Source of the DNA: Ylistrum balloti
Taxonomy: Eukaryota
Reading direction: 5' to 3'
Length of the DNA stretch: 64,000 nucleotides
Assembly (NCBI RefSeq): GCF_031769215.1
Contig: NW_026782525.1
Location: forward strand, 496,001-560,000
In this document: positions 54,701 through 64,000 of the stretch, one piece after another
Layout: the number at the start of each line of letters is the position of its first letter
Position numbering within the stretch: position 1 is the stretch's first letter
Notes under the pieces: model-generated
What the model was told of the DNA's origin: nothing
The model's database searches: none
The model's input: the letters and a program-made list of their open reading frames with translations, nothing else
Position numbers and translations under genes: made by a program

Positions 54701-55565
54701 CTATTTCATGTCCAAAAAAAGTGGGGGGATTCGCCTTGAGTCTGTTGGTGTTTTTTGTAGGTCTTCAGCTTAGATGTAATAAAAAAACAGATTCTTTCTG
54801 CCCAATATTAAATCTGATTTTTTCCCATCTGCTGTTGTTTGTGGTGTCCCATCGTTCCAGTCTCTATATGACTTCAGTTTTTACTTCGGCATTAATTCCT
54901 GAACAGATGAAAGAAAAGCTTATACAGAATTATAGCTTCAAAGTCAGTATCTCCTCAATATATTGTTGTTTGTTTATTCAGGAGATCAAGGTCAAGGTCC
55001 AGACGTTCTAGAAGCAGATCAAGGTCAAGGAGGCATCATCGCAGATCACGATCAGGGTCCCGCAGAAGTAGAAGTTTACAGCGCAGAAGAGATTCAAGAT
55101 CTAGATCCCGAGACAGTAACCACTCATAGCTTCCTATTAGGTTTGTACATTTATGTCTTAAACTCAACAAAGCCATCTAAGATATTTAAATGTTGTAACA
55201 ATTTCATGTCTATAGCAAAGCTTCAAATTGCTTGCATTGAAACTAGGATAATGATAGATGATGTATACATTTTATTATACTAAGAGGATGAGCACTGTAC
55301 CAAATTCAGGACCTGAATCCCTTAATTACTGAGTTATTGCCCTTGGTTAAAATTATGTATCCAATTAAGTTGTTTAGGCAGCCCCTTGGTTAAAATTATG
55401 TATCCAATGAAGTTGTTTAGGCAGCATTCATCAGTTTCATGATAATCGTGTTGTCGTAAATTATTGTAATAGAATGTATTTTACTTTTCAGATTCAGAGG
55501 ATGAAAGTGCTTGCAAGAAAAAAGGAGAAACCAGACAAACTGGACAGTTGGAAAAAAACCATTAA
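45727..55565 (+). CDS. LUC7L: LUC7-like U1 snRNP-associated splicing factor (LUC7L/LUC7L2 type), 10 exons, about 435 aa, two zinc fingers and a long RS domain
   Basis: MSAQDQMRAMLDELMGTSRNG; ZnF1 VCKSFLLACCPHD...GECPKIH; ZnF2 LRVCEVCSAYLGIHDNDRRLADHFGGKLHLGF; RS-rich exons. Exon lengths 61/95/99/111/144/177 nt are in phase. Confidence 0.93.
48336..48430 (+). CDS. LUC7L: LUC7L exon 2
   Basis: DTAKYKVKFDDPRVCKSFLLACCPHDILSST. Confidence 0.93.
48953..49051 (+). CDS. LUC7L: LUC7L exon 3
   Basis: RMDLGECPKIHDLALRADYEWATKKKDYYYDID. Confidence 0.93.
49918..50028 (+). CDS. LUC7L: LUC7L exon 4
   Basis: AMEHLQSFIADCDRKTEMAKRRLKETQEELSEEANQK. Confidence 0.93.
51800..51943 (+). CDS. LUC7L: LUC7L exon 5
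   Basis: AEKIHQLGEQLGENMAKAETMGAEGEVEESLKLMEEVEELKKNKSLAE. Confidence 0.92.
52240..52416 (+). CDS. LUC7L: LUC7L exon 6 (ZnF2)
   Basis: QDYRNSMPASSYQQQKLRVCEVCSAYLG...EKLEELK. Confidence 0.94.
53489..53730 (+). CDS. LUC7L: LUC7L exon 7 (RE/RS)
   Basis: TRVAERRNLREKERE...RSRSRSRRKSRSRS; phase 0 to 2. Confidence 0.88.
53967..54137 (+). CDS. LUC7L: LUC7L exon 8 (RS)
   Basis: SRSGDRRSHKRSRRSRSRS...; 171 nt, phase 2 to 2. Confidence 0.85.
54982..55115 (+). CDS. LUC7L: LUC7L exon 9 (RS); 3' boundary uncertain
   Basis: RSRSRSRRSRSRS...SRSRD. Donor A|GTAACC gives the phase needed for the last exon. Confidence 0.7.
55492..55565 (+). CDS. LUC7L: LUC7L probable last coding exon
   Basis: Strong acceptor ttacttttcag|; SEDESACKKKGETRQTGQLEKNH-stop; AATAAA near 56275 and 56549. 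Confidence 0.6.
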
Positions 55566-58500
55566 TGCAGCCAACTGTGCATTTGTTTCAGTTGTACAAT
55601 TATCCAGTGGATATAGGGGGATTTCATTTGTACATAATATGGACACGAAATTTTTCCATCTATACATATTAAATGAGAACATCAAGTGAGACTTTTAACA
55701 TTCTAATTATGTATCCCCATCTATGACAGATGATTGTAAGAAATGACTGAAATGATTTTCATCAGAATTGCATTCATATTTTGTTTTCCCCAGAGTTGCA
55801 AGGTGTTTATTTACGAATGAAACTTGATGGATAGTAATAATTCATAAGTACAGATTTCAGTTGCATATGATAAAAGTGTTTTTATACATTGTAGTTTTAA
55901 TTTGTACATGGTAACTCTGTTCATGAGGAACAGGTTTTAATCATTGTATAAAGTCATCGAAAATTATTGCATATCTTTTATCGGGTGATTTTGAATTGTA
56001 ACTGAACAGTAGATTTCCAAGAGTCCCAACGAAAGCATACCATTATTCTATATATTGCCTTTAAATATCAGCCACAAAAGTCTCACAAGTTTATGCAATG
56101 ACACACTGCATGTCTTGTCATTATGGTTTCCTTTAGAATAATAATGGAGCTTATAAACATCCCTCACATTGCTCTTAATTGAAATAGGATGGTAATATAT
56201 CATATTTCTATCAAAAATATTTGTAAGGAAAGCTACATGCCCCTGTGGCCTATTGTTTATATAAGATGTGAAAAAATAAAGCATGTAATATAGAGTTTAT
56301 TGAGGTGGTTGATGGGCAGTTCACTTTTTAATTCTTTAAAAAAGGTTTGGCCTAATTGCACTGAGATGTAAAATGAAAATTGCCTAAAGGAAAGCTTATG
56401 TAATTAAACATATTCTTAAGGTTTAACTTGGAATTTGAAAGTAAACATGATTGTAGATATTGGATCACTTTTCATTTGAAACACACATACTTTTCTAATG
56501 TTGAACATGTTTGTTATTATATGATGAAGGCTCATATTTTAATTTCAATAAAAGCTATTGCCCTTAATTTCTGTCTTGTTATGATTTTCTGCCTATAGAG
56601 GAGGCAAGATAATATTCAACTTTTACAAGAATACATATTTCAGCCATGGCTGACAGATTTTGTATGCAAAGTGTCTTTCAATTGTAGATTGTTGTACATC
56701 AAAATATCCCACATTACATTCTTGCAGTCCAATTTTTGTCACCGCCTTGTCCAAGACTTGTATGCTACATTATCTGCAATTGACATCTTGTCAGGTGGCA
56801 TATCTCGTCCTAAGGCTAAAGGACAGTAGTTTTGTAACAAAATTCTACTTTCTGAAATCTGATCTTGTGCCATATGATACATAGTTTTGATTTATGCTTG
56901 CACCAGAAGAGGATTTTTTTTTTTTTTTTTTTTTGAAAAAAATTCTTTGGAGAAAAGTGAGTTTTTTTTTCAGTACTCTGTACTAAGTCTTCGTATTATT
57001 GAGATGTAAAACATGTACACAGGTGCTAATTCATGAGGTGACATGAACATGTTGATTTTGATGCACTTCAAGCACATATATTTTTAAATTGCTTTGGCTA
57101 AACTTGGTAAACATGCAGGATTCCAAACAGCAAAATCCATAATTACAATTGATAATGAGAAGTGAAGGAAACTTGAAATGTTACTACATCACAGTTTGTA
57201 GTGTCCTGAAATTAGGTCACTGTGATCCTCACTTTCAGATGGTCAAAGTGAAATTGACTGGGTCATACCTGTGAAAGATATATAGACTGCATCATTCACA
57301 GAATGTGTACAGTGCATTGAAATTAGGTTTTATTGTGACGAAAGCTTTGGAACATTGGGGATTGATTGACTTCAAACATACTTGCATCACCAGCAGGTGA
57401 AGTGGTGCGAGTTGAAATCGGGTCACTGTGACCTTCACCTAAAAGTTAAAAGTTAGTAAAAAAGTGCAGTTTTTCATGCAGAATAGAACTTTACAGATAG
57501 AATAATTAATTCTATCTTCTATCTTGGAATAACTTGCATGAAAGTCATGATTCCATGTTGGTGTTGTCAAGTCAAGATCAAACTGAAATGTTAAAGCATT
57601 TTGTATTTCATTCCTGTCTGAAGCAAATTTGATTAAAACCAATTGATAAGTCGCTTGATCAATAGACATTGTCAAAATATTAAAGAACAAAATGCTTTTG
57701 TCAACGGAGATAAGATTTTGTCCACCAAAACAACTTTAAGACTTGTTATTTTTAACAAGAAATAATGGATTTTGATACTAAATGCAAAGTTGCAAGCTGA
57801 GTCTTACAGAATATATTTGAACCATATCTTAACTTGTCTTGGACAGCTGAGAACGTCTATGTGTAGGGATCAGTACCAGCCTAACTTTGTAGAACAAGTG
57901 CTTTATGAAAGTGTATGCTTAGGATTGCTTTTCGTGTGTGAAGGTCAACATCACCATAATGTTAGTTAGAATGTCAAATTTCATATATATACAAATTTTC
58001 CCACCCATATGCATTTAAACCGTTTGGAGACTTACTTGTGTAGCAAATTTTAGAGGAAATCTGATGACCACCATAGTAAATTCTACATTGATGCCTGCCT
58101 TCACATGATGAAAGACTTAATTATTACAGACAAAGTATCAGTAACAGCTCGCCTAACCATGGCTTGGAATCCTTAACTTTTTCTTATAACCTCTGAAGCG
58201 TTATTCTGTAAAGTGATATATTTGGTTTATAGCTTCCTGAGATTACCAAACAGTGTGAAATAAATTGTCATTACAAATATTTAAGGTCACAGAGGTCAAA
58301 TTTGTTTCAATAAACAACTTTTGATTAAAAAGCAGGAGGTCTAAAATCATGATTCAAATATATATTTGGCAGGCTACTTCCTGGGATTAAGCTTGACAAA
58401 GTTGTCAGTTTTTATTGCTCCTACACAGAACACTACAAGTTTGTCTTGAACCCAAGTATGCCAGTGACATTTGATGCAGCATGTTGCATAGCAGACACTG

Positions 58501-59939
58501 TCCAGGAGTCTGAACCAGTAGTGTAGAGATGTTGGTAGTATTAATACACTAGTGTTATAATGTCAACAACTATCGTTAACTTGGAGTAAAAACAAACTTG
58601 GTCCATATTCAAGGTCTAGAGTCAAATATTGCCTTCAGCTCAATAACCTTTGATCAATCCCACACAAGCTGACCAAGTCCGTGACAAAATTAATTCAGAT
58701 TGATTTGAGATATTGTGTAGAAACAGAAGTATCAGATTTTTCCACTTCAATAGTGATTTCCTCTCGTGTAACATCAAAATTTTAAGAGATTCCCCAAATG
58801 TAACATTTCATTGGAATGACGTCATGAGCATTTTCTTGATGAAAAAAAAAGATGTTTCACATTACTAGAAGTAAAAGTGTAAATACAAGTCATTTTTTTT
58901 CACATCTTATGGAATCGGTTGACGTAAGAAGACTTATTCCAAACTTATTGTGATTGGATATCTTAATTAGTTTGTCCCTATTCTTCAATTGGCCTGCGTA
59001 CCATGTAGTATTCAAGCAACGGACATCAAGAACTTACTGAATTGCAACTATGGTAATGGTGCTGGCTCTAATTCTTCATCTATAACTGATCCTGGATACA
59101 AGGCAGTCACTGAACTCTCCTGGCCTCAGACCTGCAGAGCTTGAAGTCTTCTATCATTCTGTTGTTACAAGAAGCCCAATGAACTAAGAGACAACACTCT
59201 TTGATGGGTTTATTCTGGAAACGTTCATGTTCATATTAAACATATGTTTTCTTTACAGTATACTTTTATTTGAAGCAGGTGAAATTTCAAATAAGTTGCC
59301 CCATTTGACCTTTGTTACATTAAATGTATTCAAAGAAATGAATTTGAAGAAATAATTCGACCAATATTGGTATCCCTCTATCCCGGTATATAAGCAGTCC
59401 AATATGATTACTGGGTTCACTGGTTATTAAAAATTCCTTTTCAGTTTTCAACACCTCTGACCCTAGTAAAACCTTGAAAGTGGGGCAAGGTTGTTTATTT
59501 GGACAAACTTGGTAGCATTCTGATATCATAATTGAGATGAAAGTATTTAAGAATTTTAACACATTTGATCATGTAACCTAGAAGGTCAAATAATGGAATG
59601 AGCTTGACATGATAATGACCAAGAGCCTTTTGCTTTTTGAGAAATTGTTTGCCGTTTTAAACACCTGTACCCATGTGACCTTGAAAGAGGGTCAAGGTCG
59701 CCAATATGAGCTTGTTTGATAATCCTTTATCCCGGCTTGCTACTGACTAAACATGGATCTTGGAATCTTGGTATTCAATTGAGAAAGCATTAAATGGAAA
59801 TGTTGCCCTTTCAGAAGGTGCACAGTCATAAAATTGTAAAAATGACAGTTGGGTCATTTGACTACAGCTACCGTTTCCTCTATCACAGTTCATAAACTTA
59901 TGAATTTCAAACTTCTTGTCAAATTCCACAAGTGGAATT

Positions 59940-61000
59940 TAGCTGAAGCTTGCCTGGAAGGAACTCAAGATTCAGGAGTTTGAAAACCAATATAGCTATA
60001 TTATTGAGAAAAAAATTATGATAATTTCTTCTCCGGTTCCATTGGTGGAAACATTAAGTAAAGAAGGAAAGAAAGCCGACATAGCATTGTTACATTTTGG
60101 CCTAGTGCAATGTGCATCATGGCAGTCACAGTGACCATTTTGTAACATGATTGCAACATTAAAGCTTTACTAACCATGTTACAAGTTTGAAACTTCTCAA
60201 ACTTCACCTGATGGATTGAATTGAAACTTTACAGGAATAATGCAAGGTCATCCATTTTTTAAATTCTGAAATGAAAAATTGGTCACTATGACAGCCAAAT
60301 TGAAAACCCCTATTTTGAATACCAAGCCGCAACTAGTGGAGAGTCCAAGGACATGGTGCCTACAAAATGATGTTTTTCAGGCACATCAGGAAGTTTGACA
60401 TGGCAGCTACTTTCAGCATGATTGCATAATCATGGTTTTCCTGATCAACCCACATATTAACTTGCCTTGTTCAGGTTCACCACCATGACATCTGTCATAA
60501 AAAGTTGAAGTTTGCCAGATAGCAACCACGTACATGTATTTTTGCATGCTGAAGTTTGCTTGTATTATTTTTTTTGGGAACAAAGTAGATCTTTCTTAAA
60601 TTTCATATGTCAACTACATTTGTTTCCAGGTTGTCCATGATCCAGATTGGGACAGAAAAAAAATGGCTGCCAGTCAACTACAATATATATCTGATTTCCA
60701 TTGCTGAAATATCACGATTTCTTGAGAAGTACAAAATGAATATTTTTTGTTCAAATTTCATAAGACTCCGAATGACCAATATCTGAATTGATAAAGTGAA
60801 AAATGGACGCCAGGTGACCATCTTGGATTTTGGCAGTTATAGTTCATTATTGCTTCTCGAAAACTAATGAATGAATCTTTCTCAAGTTTCATACATAGAC
60901 TACCATTGATACATTACCCTGCATGATAAAATTCAGATCTGAATGGAAAAAAACAAGATGGCTTACAGACTGCCATCTTGGATTTTGAGTGCTCCATTAT
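59940..61000. mobile_element. Degenerate non-autonomous interspersed repeat (MITE/HINE-like relic)
   Basis: Recurrent aaaatggc(t/c)gccag and gccatcttggatttt sub-repeats, no ORF. Similar motifs occur at about 13860-14280; tcaaggtca-type sub-repeats at about 50300-50650. Confidence 0.35.
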
Positions 61001-61857
61001 CATGTCTCTATACGAGTATTAAATTCTCAATTTCAAACAGTAAATTGGTTTTAGAAATTTTGTTATCAATGTTTTTCACAACCATTTTTTTCCCTTAAAT
61101 ATATTTTTTAGTCAACTTGTACGAACTTTTACATTCTCAATTTTTCTTGCTGATCTAAAAAAATCTCTATGGGATCTCTTGTGAAAAAATTGATTGAACC
61201 TTGATACTGTGTAAAGAACAAAATTAAACATACAATGCTGAAAAATCAGAATTCTTTCATTATCGGTACCACTCTAGCTATTTCATTGCTAGTGTCTTTA
61301 TAGTCATGACCATTAAATGGCCAATGGAACACTGATGGTGTTTAAATTTCCCTGATCAAACTATTAATCAAGAACATTTTTGAAAACTGGGTTGATGTAA
61401 AATCTCATCAATTGGAGAAGACATCTATGGCATACAATCTAAATATTAATCATGTTATTGTTTTATTCTCAAATTGATGACATAATATAAATTGGTAAAA
61501 GAGTTAGAGGTATACATTATTGTAAGAGTTCTGTTTTCTGGTATTTGGTGCTATTTTGAGATTTTGGCATTCAGAGTTATTTATCTTACAACTCTAAACT
61601 TCATGACATGTGATCATCGTTAATTCTGTAATTGATTAAAAACATAATAACAATAAAGTATGAACACAACTGATTTTTAACATCTTAACATTTATTTACA
61701 CATATCTATTCATACTGACACATTTCAAATTGTGATGTTCCAACTTTTCAAGTGTTGAGATTTTTTCAGGTTTTTTTTTCTAAGAAAACACCAACATTTC
61801 CATACCAGGATCAAAACACGCAAGTTTCAGTTTATTTACATGTTGCACTAGAATGGG

Positions 61858-61992
61858 TTAATGTTCATGACCTTCATAAAATTTGGACAAAAAGTCTTTA
61901 GATTTGGCTGCTTCCGAATGGTCATCAAATAGCTGCATAACATGGTTTCTCTGTTTCCAGTTGTTAACTGTTTCCATAAGCTCCATCTGGCC
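61858..61992 (-). CDS. NDUFA6: NADH dehydrogenase (complex I) subunit NDUFA6/LYRM6, last exon; no upstream exon found in the window
   Basis: ttcttcag|[44 protein letters not shown]-stop matches the NDUFA6 C-terminal pattern (GxxELxETxxxWKQRxHVM...[11 protein letters not shown]). Not in the ORF track. Confidence 0.9.
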   Translation of the reverse strand, partial: GQMELMETVNNWKQRNHVMQLFDDHSEAAKSKDFLSKFYEGHEH

Positions 61993-64000
61993 CTGAAGAA
62001 GAAACATTATATTGTTCTTATATCATTATTTGTGAAAACATTATGGGTAAATTACTGTTACATAGCTTCATAATGTAACGCTACAGCTTTTTCCATTAAA
62101 ATGTTCAAAGGCGTTAACTATAGAATATTGAGATGCTGTCTTCATAATTGATGTAAGTGAAGTGGTACAAGTAAAACAACTAATAATACATGATTTTGAA
62201 AATTCTGAACCAACTTGAAAATTGGCGATTCTGTGGCTTAGAAATGAACATTATTATCGATGTACCTTTATGACTATCATGTCGATAACACGAAGATCTG
62301 AGAGATCTTTGTTTTTGTTGAATTGACTCCTCAAGCGGCTTTTACATTGTTTTGTTGTCAGTGGTATATGGAAATTTGTTACTGCAATGAAAAGTAATCA
62401 TGCTAGTTAAGTTTGTTGCTTTACAATTAAATGCATTAGTGAGAGTTGTTAAAATGACAAAGAAAATACATGTAATGACATATCGACAAAATCCTCATTA
62501 AAATTCAAATACAAGGAAACTAACACTAAATATGAACAAACATTCTTGAAAAAGTACAAGGAAAATAAGACCAGTTGTTCCATATCTTCAATACTCCAGG
62601 GATTACATTCACTTTTGACTCTTGCTCTCTGCACCTCTGGAACATGTCATGGCAAAAAAGAAGGCACAAGCGAAGTAATTTGATTGGTTCTACTAGAAAA
62701 AAAAAGACCAATCACAAGCTGATATGCTTCTTATGAAGATTATAAAGGAGCAACACCAAACTTCAAAGCAAGTACAATATAACATTATGTGATCTTGAGA
62801 TTCGTTTGATGTACATAAAAGGATCAAACTAGTATTTTGGTCTTGTTCACAAGATGTTGCACATGGAACCTTCAATTTTGCCAGGACAAATTCCAGGGGT
62901 GCAGAGAGTGAAAGTGATCATAATCCCTGGAGTATTGAGGATGGATGTTCCGAAAGGAACTTCTTGTTCATTGACAACATCTGCCATATAAAGCTTGGTC
63001 AATAAAAGTCAGATTATGGAAAAACACGTTCCTTCTCTGCAACTCAATAAGATTTAAAACTGGGTTACCAGCATGGTAATTCATAAATGCTTCATCAGCT
63101 GAGTGACATAGACCACACTGACCTGCTCCTATTAAGGGGTGTTTGAGTCAAAAATGCCATTATGTATTTTATTCCCATAAATATGTTTCACCAAAATAAA
63201 GTGGTTTAAACTACTCAACAATGTTTGAGGTTCAACAAGACAAGAAACATTTGAAAGGAGTCGTGTTGCAGATTTTCCAATGTAATCAGGCAAATCAAGA
63301 CTCCTTATGTGACCCCAAAATACCTCAATTCATCATGTAAGCTTACAAAGAATTTGTTACATTTTCTACTCAGCTAGTGAATCACAATATGTATAGATAT
63401 TATGGACCCAGCATCCATCATATGTGCACCCTTATCCACAAGATTGTATGGTGTCAATAAATCATAATTTACACATTAAAACGTCAAAAAATTATAATCA
63501 ACGGGTTGGGATTACTTGGGTTTGCGGAAACTCCAACATGATCTCTCATTACAGAGGATTTTCCCCTCTTTTCTCAGACACATTGGTATACGGGCAACTT
63601 CTAAAATGCATTTTAAAAATAACAAGATAACAAGATGGCAGTTTTTTTTCCATTCACATGCTGAGTTGATATATTCATATGATAAACAACATTTGCAAAC
63701 AAAAATTTTGGGAATTCTTGCATTTGTTAAATTGATTTACTCACCTGTACATGCTTTTACTGTGGCTAAACATTTGATTACAACATACAGTGTATGGTTT
63801 ATTGAATTTCAAACAAATTAGACGAGTGATATTTTAATTGTTGCTTACAAATGTAGTTGAAAACGTAAACCTGAAGTCTTCTTGGTCAATTGTGAACGTG
63901 CCATTTTTGTATTTACAAATAAATATTTTAAGACTTGCGTGCACACAAACGTGCGTGAGTTCGGGGGATTTTAATCATCGGTAATGAGAGAATGTGTCGG

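Noticed and set aside
53933-55283. ORFs 53933-54166 and 54963-55283 with QGQ/QDH repeats
   Set aside because: Off-frame readings of the LUC7L RS-domain exons.
61858-61992. Functional clustering of FASN with NDUFA6 (an ACP-binding LYR protein)
   Set aside because: NDUFA6 binds mitochondrial ACP, not cytosolic FASN. Nothing in the sequence indicates more than chance neighbourhood.

Overview
AT-rich, intron-containing animal genomic DNA. The gene set and repeat style suggest a lophotrochozoan, probably a bivalve mollusc (inference). Four genes were reconstructed by hand from splice sites and reading-frame phase: (1) a tektin-3-like gene (+, 4450-8776); (2) a complete type I fatty acid synthase (-, 28 coding exons, 39889-16763, about 2545 aa, all catalytic motifs intact); (3) a LUC7L/LUC7L2-type U1 snRNP splicing factor (+, 45727-55565), head-to-head with FASN; (4) the last exon of NDUFA6 (-, 61858-61992). 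Two things stand out. First, the tektin gene has two tandem 144-nt paralogous copies of exon 3, separated by only 64 nt, which look like mutually exclusive exons. Second, several FASN intronic minisatellites are amplified copies of FASN's own exon-intron junctions, giving about 41 and about 20 copies of two donor sites and about 33 copies of an acceptor site. Also seen: a probable GC-AG intron in FASN, a 63-bp-stem hairpin with G.U-biased mismatches, tRNA-derived SINE-like elements, and candidate SRE/NF-Y, RFX/forkhead and YY1 promoter motifs. No databases were searched; homology calls rest on recognised motifs.
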